Assembly (NCBI RefSeq): GCF_009914755.1
Contig: NC_060935.1
Source of the DNA: the human T2T-CHM13v2.0 reference genome, Homo sapiens
Strand: one strand, 5' to 3'
Length of the DNA stretch: 64,000 nt
In this document: one piece after another, positions 39,227-56,802 of the stretch
Position numbering within the stretch: the stretch's first letter is position 1
Layout of the letters: each line of letters starts with the position of its first letter
Notes under the pieces: generated by a model
Told to the model about the DNA's origin: nothing
The model's input: only the letters and a program-made list of their open reading frames with translations
The model's database searches: none
Translations under genes and position numbers: made by a program

Positions 39227-40729
39227 GTAAATTAGGCCTGAATAGTTGATACTTTTCAGGTCTAAAATGAAACAATTAATGGGAATATATTATGGAGGAG
39301 CACTTCTAAACTTGTTCATGAATGACTACAACTTTTACCACTCCCATCGGCCCCTGTCCCTCCAAAGTTAAAAGCAAATTAAAGAATACGCTTGGTTAGA
39401 TGTGTAATCTCAGTTTAGGTAGAACTATTCTAATTCTGGTTGTATTCACTAGTTGCATAATCATTTGAATAATAATTGCCCCCATGTAGATTTTTAGAGA
39501 GATTGGGATAAGAACAGAAATCAGCTTGTCCCTGGGAATGGCTACTATTCATAATTGAATAGAACTGCATCTTGTAGTTTAATGCTCAACAACATCTGAT
39601 GGCAGAATAGCATGTCTGCTTTGGAAAAAGGTATTAGACACTCTGCCTGAAGTCTTCCCACTTATACTGTGACACCTATAAAGGTTACAAGCACGCTCAC
39701 AGCATACCATTCTACTCAATAATCTCTGAGATTTCTTGACATTTTTAGCTAAAACTCATCAGGCTGGATGACGTTAACAAGACTTCTATGTTAATCTCTC
39801 TGATAATGCAATGTTAATTCTCAAATGTTTCCAACAAATTATTAGGGCTGTCGTACTAAACAACTTCTTTTATATTGTATAGCTTAGATGGGTATGTTTG
39901 ATAATGCTGTTTAAGCTGCTAATTCCAACGTATTTTTATACTTCTTACACAAAAACACTCAATTTCATATCTGATTCTATATTGTTTGTTTATCCCAAAC
40001 TCCTACTCTTGTACTTATACATAAAGCTAAACACGTTAGCTTTATATCTCAATGTAAAAGTAGAATAATTGGATGATCATAAATATAATCATTTATTGAG
40101 GCCTAGAATGTATACTCCATACAGAATTTTTCTCTCTTGCTGACTACTATATCTCCAACAACTAAGAATGTATGACATATTACACACACTCAGCAAAGAT
40201 GTGTGGAATTTATCAATAAAACTATTTGAACCAGTTACTGAAATATGTTTTTTTCTTTCATACTATAACTCTATGACCTAAATGCATTTACACAAACTTT
40301 ATGGATGAGGTAATTGAAAAGACTGAATAACTTATCCAGTGTCATAGAGCTAAGAAGCCCAAAAACAAAGATGTAATCTATGTCTCTCTGAATCTCATAC
40401 GTAAACTTTTTTTTCTTTCCCTCTTCCCAAGATACAAACTCTTGCTTTATATTTTGTTTTCTCCCTATTTCAAACAACTCTTTTTGATACTCAATTAATC
40501 TATCTCAACAGTAATGACTATTCTACATGGATCATTTATTTCAGAAATCTTCTACAACATTTAGAATCAGCAAACATTACTCAACACTATGATATTATTT
40601 CATTGTGACATATAATTGCATTTATTTCTTTAAGAGATCATAAGCTCTCTTTTTATGGAGACATTCTCTTTCTATGGAAATTCTCAAAGTTCTTAGGTAA
40701 CTAAGTACCTATAAAAGAATCAGAATATA

Positions 40730-40927
40730 AAGCAGACATGGCCTGTTGCTTGTTGGTATAAAGTTTAATGGGAGGACTGCCATCTTCATTTATTTATGTG
40801 TTGTCTTATCACTACTATTCTTCTCTAAAAGCCTAGTAGAGTACTTATTTACAAGACAGATCTTCTGGCACACAAAGCTTAAAACATTTCCTATATGGCC
40901 CTTTACAGAAAGTTTGCCAATCCCTGG
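40730..40927 (+). mobile_element. MER58A-like hAT MITE
   Basis: TGGCCCTTTACAGAAAGTTTGCCAATCCCTG end. Confidence 0.7.
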
Positions 40928-41077
40928 TATAATAGAAAATCTTAACCTTGGGGTCAAAAAGATATGATTTCAAATTTTCCCACTTATAAGAGAGACCTAT
41001 AATCATAGACAATTAACCAAATCTGAAGTCTTACAGGACTCTTTAAAACTGAGTAAGTGTATCCAAAGCACTTGTTA

Positions 41078-41241
41078 GGCTAGACATGTTGGCACACATC
41101 TGTAGTTCCAGCTAATCAGAAGGCTGAGGAGGAGAGGATTTCTTAAACCCAGGAGTTAGAGGCTGCAGTAAGCTATGAGGATGTCACTACATTCCAGCCT
41201 GGATAATAGAGCAAGATCCTGTCTCTAAATAAATAAATAAA
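41078..41241 (+). mobile_element. Alu monomer (FRAM-like) with perfect 13-bp TSD
   Basis: AAAGCACTTGTTA at 41065-41077 and 41239-41251; (TAAA)n tail. Confidence 0.85.
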
Positions 41242-41402
41242 GCACTTGTTAAGTAATAGAAACTCAGAAAGATCATGCTGCTACTGCAGCTATCTTACTA
41301 CTGCTGATATAATTCTGATTCATTGTTTACTAGTTACCAGGATTGAGCTAAGTGCTTTAGATGCACAATTTCATTTAGTTTACCCAAAGGCCTTGTGTTA
41401 GC

Positions 41403-41795
<393 letters not shown>

Positions 41796-41919
41796 TAGGA
41801 GGCAAGATGGCAGTTGTGCAAAAGCATTGCTTTTTAATACACTCAAATCTTCTCACAAAAACAGAGCTATTAGTGTAGCCAAAGATAAAATGCATGGAAA
41901 ATATCTTTGGCAGCACAAG

Positions 41920-42930
41920 ATACTGAGGGCTGAGTTTTCTAGAAGCGTATATTGAGATGGAATCGTGTGCAAGTTGTTCACTAGGAATCCATAACTGTGA
42001 AAGGAAAGTGCCGGAATTAGCATTGAGCAAAGGGAGAAGTTATAAACTGCAATACAAGCCAGACAAAGCTTGGTCATCCCAACGTGGAGTCCTGGAATAA
42101 ATCCTGCCTTTCAGAGTTGACTCATGGTAAGTAGTTACAGCAGTCACTAGATGTAGGCTGCTACAGGAAAGGTGTGATTTGGGGGTGCATCACTCTCTGA
42201 AGCTAAAGAGGAGGAGCTGAGAGCTGAAGACTCTGTGTTGACCATAGTTCCTGAGGCTGGCAGCAGGTCCTTGTTTAAAGAGAGATCTGGGTTACATCCT
42301 GCATGTCTCCCACAATCCACACTTTGTACTGCTCAGATCTGTTTTTCCACATGTATTTGGGGAGTTAGCTCCTCCAGGATTCCCATGAGCCTCTCTTATT
42401 GAGGGGAAACTGAGAAGAGGTAGGTTAGTAGAACAAACCAAGAAACTGCACTTGGTCTTGAGACCACAACTGATACCTTCATCTTTTCCACCGCCAACTA
42501 GTCTGAATGTACCTCACTCTCAATAGTACTAGCTCTATTAGCTATGATCACTTATTGCTATTCCTAAGTGGCCTGAGCCCCTGGTCATCATGCCTTTCTC
42601 AGCCTGGGGCTCCTGTGACAGTGCATTTATAATAAAAACTGGACAAAGGAACATAAGAGACAAACAAGTAGACCATCTGCATTCCTCACAAATTCACTCT
42701 TATCTCCATTGTGTAACAGTATCCCAAACTTCTGAAAATCGAAGCCAATAACACTTGCCCAAACAGTGACTATTCTTGTCTGCTTGTCCATGAACACAAG
42801 GGGGTACAGTGTGTAGGCAGAAGCCATAGCTAATAATTCAACAGGACACTGGTGCCTCAGGACTCATTTGGAAATCAAGGCCTCTAACCCTGGAGATCCT
42901 ACAGTTGCAGGGATGAATTCAATGTCACTG
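41920..42930 (-). mobile_element. LTR16-like LTR (~41920-42313) with adjoining ERVL internal relic
   Basis: GCATTGAGCAAAGGGAGAAGTT, GAGAGATCTGGG..CCACA LTR boundary followed by ATCCACAC..GCTCAGATC and AGCTCCTCCAGGATTCC internal-type sequence. Confidence 0.6.
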
Positions 42931-44368
42931 GTAAACAAAGCAAAGCAAACAAATATACAAAGAAATTAAATGAAAACAATATCAGTCTCTTTTTGAGAAG
43001 TTATATACTCATCACTATGTTGTCATTCCTCTACCTGCAGCTCCTATTTCTGTTTAACTTATGATGAATTTTAACTAAAGAAGTTGCAGTATTAGTCATC
43101 TATTGTTACATGTAGAAAGGAACTTTAAATATACATGGAAATGATATATACAAAGAGATTTTAATAACATAGGAAAGGTATATGTTTCCAGTACAAAAAG
43201 TCAAATATAAAGTTGTGGACAATATGACATTTTTTTCTACAGCCTCTTTTCCAATCATATTTCTAATTAATTAAACATAATACTTACACTTGGAAGAAAT
43301 ATTGTACCAAGAATGCTTACAGTCAGAGATGAGCTCATTCCAGACATGAAAAATTGCTAAATGTAGTATCAATAAAAATAATGAAGAAATCCACTGGAGA
43401 CTAGTCCATGATTCCTCTCCCAAGGTAGAGTGTTTCTAAGATGTATATAGTAAGCAGCCATGGCACATCTTCAATGACATCACTTAAATAGAGAGGTGTG
43501 AACTCAAGTTGAAAGTAGACTTTGGTATTGCTGTATCTCATCCATCTCTTAGATTTCACGTTGCTTGTCTTATTCTTACTGGGATATTGCCAGTGGCATG
43601 AAGGAGCACTTGCCTTTGCTTTTGGTACAAAGAGCCACTCTAAGCAGAGTAGGGGCCAGTGTTAAGGTCCTGTTTGAAAATTATTCATGCTATTCTACTT
43701 CTGAAGTTGTTGGTTCTCCACATTAATAATTGACTAAATGTCCCTTTTGACCTGAATCCAGCAGGTGAAAGATTTTAGCAGACTTATATACAAGAAACAA
43801 TTCAGCTTCTAGTTCACTGTAAGCTACTATAAGGCAAACAGAGATTTGTAACTATATACAGAAGGGAAAAAATTACAGAAACATAAAAAGAGTCTACAGT
43901 TCAAATAATTTTCTCTAAACTTGCAAAGAAGTAGTGTTACACTGAAATAGACATATATCATAAAATTTAAAAATAGAAACATTTAAAAAGATATTTAGAA
44001 AATATCTGCTGCATTTTCAGAAGACATTGCTAATGGCATAAGCAGCCTTTTAGCTAGGTATAGAATTGTGGAGTCACACATATTTTGCTGTGTAGCTTTA
44101 AAAGTGGAACTTCTTCATCTTCAGACTATGTTGCATTGAAAAAATGTGAGATTCATCTAACATTAACCTATTTTTCTTTGGATATTTGGGGGATTCTTTA
44201 TCTTTAAAGTGTAAATATTTAACCAGGCTGTATCAAGAAACATACTTTACTCTTTTTGTTTATTATTTTTAAAAACAATATAAATCTTTACTTTTAGACA
44301 GAAGACACTTCCACAGTGAAATAAAGTGTTTAATTTTTTTATCAAACTATCAATCTCATAGTTAATAA

Positions 44369-45415
<1,047 letters not shown>

Positions 45416-46334
45416 GACAATCACAAACAAACAAACAAACAAACAAAAAGACGGTTATATGCTTTAAAAAGTCAAGTAAGGTATGAAACAAGTAGCAGAC
45501 AAAATTATCTTTTTTTCTCAAATAACTTTTCTAAAATAACAGCATTAGCCTTGTAGATTTAATTGCCTTCTTATAAAACTTAATAAAACCAATATGAGGA
45601 CAAATAGTAAGATTTTCAATATCATGACTGAAACAGAATCTACATTTAAAAATCAGGAACAAAACCAAAAAGTCTTTATTACACACTAGCAGTAGAGAAA
45701 TAAAAGAAATAATGATAATCATAAAAATAGCACAGAAAAATCCAAATAATAACAGCAATATAAATTATGTAAGAATTGTATGTTGAAAACTACAGCTACT
45801 TATTAAAAGGTATAATGATAGACTTATACAAAGAGAAAGCAATCATCCTAGGAAAGAATCAAGTATTACAACATTTCAAATTAATGTCAAGCTAATTTTT
45901 AAGTTTATTTATACTTAATTAATAAAAACTATACCTATGGAAAACTATAAGGTTGAAATATTTTCTTATGCAAAAATCAATTTAACTCAATTTGAATTGT
46001 TTTGTGGGCATTAAAAAACTTTTAATTTTTCTTGGGTGATTAAGCATGATAAACCACTTTTGGCATTTTTAAAAATAAAAATTATTAATAAATTCTTGCC
46101 TCACTAGATTTTAAAACATATTAATAGGTAAATAATCAAAAGTGTAATACTGCTAGTAGAATAGTGAGCAAATCAATTAGTGATGAATAAAAAAACTCTC
46201 TAACTCCCTCTCTCTATATATATTTAATAAATTACTTGTAATGCACAAAAAACTGGTAAAGTATTCTGAAAAAAAGAAAAATATTGCACTCTTCCAAGAA
46301 AATAATAGAATAAAAAAATTCAAGTAGTTTAAAG

Positions 46335-48036
<1,702 letters not shown>

Positions 48037-48079
48037 CTTCAAAATTTTCATTTAAAAAAATCATTAAACATTTGAAAAA

Positions 48080-49380
48080 ATAAAAAATGATTTAGGTTTT
48101 TTTTTTCCATATGGAGAATTCTGCATGCAGACAAGCAATGGAAGAACTACCAAAGAAAAAAAAATGAGTCTTTCAAAACACAAAAGTGAAATGTCCATGA
48201 ATAAGAAAATATCTTTAAAAGTTTGAGTCTCACTAAAAAACAAATCATAAGAGATACTATTTGCCAAAATTTAAGATTAATATTTAATAGAAAAAGATCC
48301 TGTATATATCAAACAAAAAAAATCACAACATGAAAACATGTAAAGGATAGCTCAGAGAAGTAGAAATAAGATAAAAGGAACACACGCACACACACACACA
48401 ATCATATTCTCCCACTCTCACAATCTTGCTTTTGATTTAATAAATGCCACATAGATAAGAAACATTTGCTTTTTGCCTAACAAATTAGCTATTTTTTTTA
48501 AAAAAATGACAACATTCATTTCTGGTAAAAAAAAATATAGCTTAAAACATGCTGTCAGATGCTATTTGTGAGACTATAAAATGGTGGAATGTTTATGAAA
48601 TATAATTTGGCAAACATGAAAAATCATGACAAAATTCCTACTCTTTGACCCAGTAATTCCACTTCCAAATGATTATCATAAAGTATTCCCAAATTGGGGA
48701 AAAATATATAGTTATAAGAATGTTTATTATAGTATTATAAACAATAGACAAATCTCATAACAAACTATACTAATAATAGAATATAAAAATTAATGTACTT
48801 GTACATTAAAATATTATGTACCTATTAAAATTATGTTATAAACAGTTTTATTGATGTAGAAAAATATGTGCTATAATGGTATGTGAATAAGGAGAACATG
48901 ATATTGAATAAATAATATCATCTTAGTTATATGTAGGGTACTGACAATGGGAAGGCATTTATCTCCTTCTGCATAAGAGGCAAATCTTTTCTTCTTTTCC
49001 TTTTCTCCTACTTCTCTCACCATATATCAATTTTCAATTGTGCTAGCACAGAGATGCAGACAGTGATTGGACTACACTTGTTAGTTGGGTGTTATCCTAG
49101 TGTGCGACTCTGTTGCTTTAAATATTTGGGGCATTGTAATGCTGCATTAATATTATTAAAATCTCATCAGTTTCTTAACAATATGTGAAAACAAATGTAT
49201 ACAAACAGGAACAGGCAGACAAGATATAATGGAAGTGTTGTATATTGTCTATGAATGGTGGGACTATGAATTAATTTTTAAATATAATGCATACAAATGG
49301 TTGAAAATATAAATGATTGTATTTTCAACCATTTGTATGCATTATATTTAAAAAATAAGGAAAAAACAATATACACCCTT
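48080..49380 (+). mobile_element. Ancient L1ME-like 3' region
   Basis: CTCTTTGACCCAGTAATTCCACTTC; AAGAATGTTTATTATAGTATT. Confidence 0.5.
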
Positions 49381-51066
49381 AAAATAACAAAATCTATGGC
49401 CCTACCCTCAGCCCAATGAGCAAAAGCTGGGTGAAGAGTGTAGACTTCCAACTTTGCTAACATATCATGAAATGCCACCTTCCCACTGCTAGGATGGTCT
49501 CAGGGAAGTCCAGTGGGAATGTACTTTCATCCCTGATGGTCAACAAGGAGGACACCTTTGTCCTATAATATTAGTGGAAACAGTGTGGGGAGCCTGGACT
49601 TCCATACCCTCTCTGGACCGCTGGGGTGGTGTAAGAAGGTATAATGGAAAATCAAAATTTTCAGCAATGCTTGGTGGTAACAAGGTCACTCCCACTGTGT
49701 TATCAGAAGATGAGATTTGAGAAGGAGTAATGAGGCACTTCTACCTCTCACAGCCAGGGTGATATCAGCTAAGGCATAGTGGTGAGCTGGAGCTCCCATC
49801 CCTGCCCACTAGTACTGAGAAGCTCCAACTCTCCTTAGGTGTTCATAAAGGCCAGGTGAAGAACTTGTACTTTAACCCCACCTGGCAGTAACAAAGTGGT
49901 ACTTTATTCCTATGGTGAAGCAGGGCAAAAGAGACCAGCTAAAGCAGAATGTTTAAATAATATACAAAGCCTCATAATATAATACCCCAATGCCCATGTT
50001 TTAATTTAAAAAATTTCTTATACCAAGAACCAGAAAAATCTCAATCTGAATGAAAAAAGATAAACAATAGATGCCAACACAAAGGTGTTAGAATTGTCTG
50101 ACAAATATTTTAAATATACCATCATAAAATATATTTTAATAAGCTTTACAAATATGTTTGAAGCAAGTAAAAAGAAACAAAAGACAAACAGAAAACCTTA
50201 GCGAAGAAATAGAAAGTCTCAATAAGTGTATAGAAAACATATTTTTTTAAAAATTATGAAATACTAGAACTGAAAAATATAACTACCAAAATAAAAAATT
50301 CAATGGATGGGCTCAATAGCAGTAGACAGAAGACAGGGAAAATAATAAGTAAATTTAAAAACAGAGTAAAAATTAGCCAATCTGAGCATACAAAGAAAAG
50401 AGAAAAAATAAAAATAAAAAACTAAACTAAAACAATGTAAAAAAGGCTCAGACACTAAAAAACTGACATAAATCCAAATTAGATAAGCCAAAGAAACCTA
50501 CACCAGGATACAGTAAGACAAACTTCTGAAAACTAAACACAAAGAAAATATTTTGAAATCAGTGATAGAATAATGAAATCTTATGTGGAAAAAGCAAACA
50601 TAATCACAGTTGTGGAGCTTGTCTAAAACAATAACAAGAATGAAATTTATAACACCAAAGGCTTACATTAGAAAAAGAGAAAAGGCTCAAACGAATAATC
50701 CGAATTTCTACCTATAGAACCTGGAAATAAAGAACAAATAAACCTAAAGCGGGCAGACAGAAAAAAAGAATAATAAGAGCAGAATTCAATGAAATTTAAA
50801 ACAAAAACATAGAGAAAATAAGTGAAATGAGAAGCTGTTAATTTGAAAATATCAATAAAATTGGCAAACCTCTAGCAAGACTGGTAAAAGAAAAAGAGAG
50901 AAGATACAATTTACCAATATCAGGATTGAAATAGGTGATATTACTATGGGCCTTGCCCAGATCTAAAAGGTGACAAGAATAAAAAAGAATAAAAAGTACG
51001 TTTGAAAACTTGGATGAAACTGATCAAACCTTGGAAATCACAAATTGCCCATCACTGAACTGAAAT

Positions 51067-54000
51067 GACAGAGTTTTCTCTTGTTGTTTTTGTTAATTAT
51101 CTCTAGCCTTGAGCTGAAATTTACTGTTTTCTTGAATGAACAATGTAGGCCCCAAGCCAATGTCTTCTACAATATTTATTTATTTTAATTGTTTTGATTA
51201 TTATACTTTAAGTTCTGGGGTACATTTGCAGAACATGAAGGTTTGTTACATAGGTATACACGTGCCATGGTGGTTTGCTGCACCCATCAACCTGTCATCT
51301 AAATTAGCTATTTCTCCTAATGCTATCCATCCCCTAGCCCCCCACCCCCGACAGGCCCTGGTGAGTGATGTTCCCCTTCCTGTGTCCATGTATTCTCATT
51401 GTTCAGCTCCCACTTATGAGTGAGAACATGTGATGTTTTGTTTTCTGTTCTTGTGTTAGTTTGCTGAGAATGATGGTTTCCAGCTTCATCCATATCCCTG
51501 CAAAGGACATGAACTCGTCCTTTTTATGGCTGCATAGTATACTAAGGTGTATATGTGCCACATTTTCTTTATCCAGCCTGTCATTGCATTTGGGTTGGTT
51601 CCAAGTCTTTGCTATTGTGAAGAGTGCCACAATAAACGTAAGTTTGCATGTGTCTTTATAGTAGAATGATTTATAATCCTTTGGGTATATACCCAGTAAT
51701 GGGATTTCTGGGTCAAATGGTATTTCTGGTTCTAGATCCTTGAGGAATTGCCACACTGTCTTTCACAATTGTTGAACTAATTTACACTCCCATCAACAGT
51801 ATAAAAGCATTCCTATTTCTCCACATCCTCTCCAGCATCTGTTGTTTCTTGACTTTTTAATGATCGCCATTCTGACTGGCTTGAGATGGTATCTCATTGC
51901 GGTTTTGACTTCCACTTCTCTAATGACCAGTAATGATGAGCTTTTTTGATATGTTTGTTGGCTCCATAAATGTATTCTTTTGAGAAGTGTCTGATCATAT
52001 CATTCATCCATTTTTTGATGGGGTTGTTGGTTTTTTTCTTGTAAATTTGTTTAAGTTCTCTGTAGATTCTGGATATTAGCCTTTTGTCAGATGGATAGAT
52101 TGCAAAAATTTTCTCCCATTCTGTAGGTTGCCTTTTCACACTGATGATAGTTTCTTTTGCTGTGCAGAAGCTCTTTAGTTTATTTAGAGCCCATTGGTCA
52201 ATTTTGGCTTTTGTTCCCATTGCTTTTTATGTTTTAGTCATGAAGTCTTTGCCCATGCTCATGTCCTGAACAGTATTGCCTAGGTTTTCTTCCAGGGTTT
52301 TTCAGGTCTTACATTTAACCCTTTAATCCATCTTGAGTTGATTTTTGTATAAGATGTATGGAAGTGGTCCAGTTTCAGTTTTCTGCATATGGCTAGCCAC
52401 TTTTCCCAACACCATTTATTAAATAGGGGATCCTTTCCCCATTCCTTGTTTTTGTCAGGTTTGTCAAAAATCAGGTGGTTTTAGATGTGTGGTGTTATTG
52501 CTGAGACCTCTGTTCTGTTCCATTGATCTATATATCTGTTTTGATACCAGTACTATGCTATTTTGGTTACTGTAGCCTTGTAGTGTAATTTGAAGTCAGG
52601 TAGTGTGATGCCTCCAGCTTTGTTATTTTGATTAGGATTGTGGGCCCTTTTTTGTTTCCATATGAAATTTAAAGTAGGGTTTTCTAATTCTGTGAAGAGA
52701 GTCAATGGTAGCTTGATAGGGACATCACTGAATCTATAAATTACTTTGGGCAGTATGGCCATTTTCACCGTATTGATTCTTCCTATCCATGAGCATGGAA
52801 TGTTTTTTCGTTTGGTTGTGGCCTTTCTTATTTCCCTGAGCAGTGGTTTGTAGTTCTCCTTGAGGAGGTCCTTCACATCCCTTTTAAGTTGTATTCCTAG
52901 GTATTTTATTATCTTTGTAGCAATTGTGAATGGGAGTTCACTCATGATTTGGCTTTCTGTTTGTCTGTTATTGCTATATAGGAATGCTTGTGATTTTTGC
53001 ACATTGATTTTGTATCCTGAGACTATGCTGAAGTTGCTTATCAGCTGAAGGAGATTTTGGGCTGAGTCAATGGGGTTTTCTAAATCAACAAACATGTCAT
53101 CTGCAAACAGAGACAATTTGACTTCCTCCTTTCCTAACTGAATACCCTTTATTTATTTCTTTTGCCTGATCACCCTGGCCAGAACTTTCAATACTATGTT
53201 GAATAGGAGCAGTGAGAGAGGGCATCCTTGTCTTGTGCCAGTTTTCAAAGAGAATGCTTCCATCTTTTGCCCATTCAGTATGATACTGGCTGTGGGTCTG
53301 TCATAAATAGCTCTTATTATTTTGAAATGCATTCCATCAATGCCTAGTTTATTGAGAGTTTTTAGCATGAAGGGGTGTTGAATTTTGTTGAAGGCCTTTT
53401 CTGCATCTGCTGAGATAATCATGTGGTTTTTGTCATTTGTTCTGTTTATGTGATGGATTACATTTATTGATTTTCATATGTTAAGCCAGCCTTGCATCCT
53501 AGGGATGAAGCCGACTTGATAGTGGTGGATAAGATTTTGATGTGCTGCTGGATTCAGTTTGCCAGTATTTTATTGAGGCTTTTCACATCGGGGTTCATCA
53601 GGGATACTGGCCTGAAATTTTCTTTTTTTATTGTGTCTCTGCCATGTTTTGGTATCAGGATGATGCAGGCCTCATAAAATGAATTGGAAGGATTCTTTCT
53701 TTCTCCATTGTTTAGAATAGTTTCAGAAGGAATGGTAACAGTTCCTCTTTGTAGCTCTGGTAGAATTCAGCCTTGAATTCATCTGGTCCTGGACTTTTTT
53801 GGTTGGTAGGCTATTAATTGCTGCCCTGGCTCAATTTATGAACTTGTTATTGGTCTATTCAGGGATTCAACTTCTTCCTGGTTTAGCCTTGGGAGGGTGT
53901 ATGTGTCCAGGAATTTATCCATTTCTTCTAGAGTTTTCTAGTTTATTTGTGTAGAGGTGTTCATAGAATTCTCCGATTATAGTTTGTATTTCTGTGGGAT

Positions 54001-56033
54001 GGGTGGTGCTATCCCCTTTATCACTTTTTATTGCATCTATTTGATTCTTCTCTCTTTTCTTCTTTATTAGTCTGGCTAGTGGTCTATGTATTTTGTTGAT
54101 CTTTTAAAAAAAAAACAGCTCCTGGATTCATTGATTTTTTGAAGGGTTTTTCGTATCTCTATTTCCTTGAGTTCTGCTCTGATCTTAGTTATTTCTTGCC
54201 TTCTGCTAGCTTTTGAATTTGTTTGCTCTTGCTTCTGTAGTTCTTTATATTGTGATGTTAGCGTGTTGATTTTATATCTTTCCTGCTTTCTCTTGTGGGA
54301 ATTTGGTGCTATAAATCTCCCTCTCCACGCTGCTTTAAATGTGTCCCAGAGATTCTGGTATGTTGTGTCTTTCTTTTCATTGGTTTCAAGGAACATCTTT
54401 ATTTCTGCCTTCATTTTGTTATTTACCCAGTAGTCATTCAGGACCAGGTTGTTCAGTTTCCATGTACTTGTGAGGTTTTGAATGAGTTTCTTAATCCTGA
54501 GTTCTAATTTGATTGCACTGTAGTCTGAGAGACAGTTTGCTATGATTTCCGTTCTTTAGCATTGGCTGAGGAGTGTTTTACTTCCAATTATGTGGTCAAT
54601 TTTAGAATAAGTGCAATGTAGTACTGAGAAGAATGCATATTCTGTTGATTTAGGGTAGAGAGTTCTGTAGATGTCTATTAGGTCTGCTTGGTCCAGAGCT
54701 GAGTATGACCTGAAGGAACTGAAAAACACAGCACGAGAACTTTGTGAAGCATACACAAGTATCAATAGCTGAATCAATCGAGTGGAAGAAAGGATATCAG
54801 AGATTGAAGATCAACTTAATGAAATAAAGTGTGAAGACAAGATTAGAGAAAAAAGAATGAAAAGGAATGAACAAAGCTTCCAAGAAATCTAGGACTATGT
54901 GAAAAGACCAAATCTATGTTTGATTGGTATACCTGATAGTGACGGGGAGAATGGAACCAAGTTGGAAACACACTTCAGGATATTATCCAGGAGAACTTCC
55001 CCAACCTAGCAAGGTAGGCCAACATTCAAATTCAGGAAATACAGATACCGGAAATACACATACCACAAATACAATCCTTGAGAAGAGCAACCCCAAGGCA
55101 CATAATCATCAGATTCACCAAGGTTGAAATGAGGGAAAAAATGTTAAGGGTAGCCAGAGAGAAAGGTTGGGTTACCCACAAAGGGAAGCCCATCAGACTA
55201 ACAGCGGATTTCTCTGCAAAATCCCTACAAGCCAGAAGAGAGTCAGTGCCAATATTAAACATTCTTAAAGAAAAGAATTTTCAACCCAGAATTTCATATC
55301 CAGCCAAACTAAGATTCATAAGTGAAGGAGAAATAAAATTCTTTACAGACAAGCAAATGCTGAGAGATTTTGTAACCATCAGGCCTGCCTTACAAGAGCT
55401 CCTGGAGGAAGCACTAATCATGGAAAGCAACAACTGGTACCAGCCATGCAAAAACATACCAAATTGTAAAGACCATTGACACTACAAAGAAACTGCATCA
55501 ACTAACAGGCAAAATAACCACCTAGCATCATAACGACAGGATCCAATTCACACATAACAATATTAACCTTAAATGTAAATGGGCTAAATGCCCCAAATAA
55601 AAGGCAGACTGGCAAATTGGATAAAGTGTCAACACCTATCGGTGTGCTGTATTCAGGAGACCCATCTCACGTGCAAAGACATGCATAGGCTCAAAATAAA
55701 GGGATGGAGGAATATTTACCAAGCAAATGAAAAGCAAAAAAAAAAAAAAACAGGGGTTGCAATCTTAGTCTCTGATAAAACAAACTTTAAACCGACAAAG
55801 ATCAAAAGATATAAAGAAGGGCTTTACATGATGGTAAAGGGATCAATGCAAGAAGAAGAGCTAACTATCCTAAATATATATACACCCAATACAGGAGCAC
55901 CCACATTCATAAAACAAGTTCTTAGAGACCTACAAAGAGACTTAGACTCCCACACAATAATAGTGGGAGACTTTAATACCCCACTGTCAATATTAGACAA
56001 ATCAATGAGCAGAAAATATAGACAGTTTTCTTT
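51067..56033 (-). mobile_element. L1PA7-type insertion with 5' inversion (twin priming) and probable 3' transduction
   Basis: Minus segment 51199-54704 (3'UTR to EN domain); plus segment 54705-56017 (mid-ORF1 to EN domain); near-TSD GACAGAGTTTTCT / GACAGTTTTCT. Confidence 0.9.
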
Positions 56034-56097
56034 TTTTAAAAAAGAGAACTCTCCAGGCCCAGATGGTTACACTTACAAACTTTATAAAGGAGGAAAT

Positions 56098-56156
56098 CAT
56101 GCCACTCCATCCCAGCCTGGGCAACAGAGTGAGACCATGTCTCAAAAAAAAAAAAA
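56098..56156 (+). mobile_element. Severely 5'-truncated Alu
   Basis: CATGCCACTCCATCCCAGCCTGGGCAACAGAGTGAGACCATGTCTC plus poly(A). Confidence 0.8.
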
Positions 56157-56311
56157 GGAAAACACAAATTTTACACTCTTTTCCAGTTCTATCTTATGAA
56201 GCTATTATTAGCCCAACACCAAAACAGCGGCAGTACAACAAAACAAAATGAAAGAAAAATATATAACAATATTCCTCTCAAATATAGATTCAAAAATTAT
56301 AAATATTAGCA

Positions 56312-56802
<491 letters not shown>

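Noticed and set aside
40730-40927. Local MER58A as donor of the 18203-18238 transduced tag
   Set aside because: Too diverged from the tag and has no adjacent L1.
55588-56199. 203-aa ORF fusing L1 endonuclease to other sequence
   Set aside because: Accidental read-through from the inverted L1PA7 block into old L1 and an Alu stub; lacks the EN N-terminus and the SDH catalytic region, and no promoter is evident.
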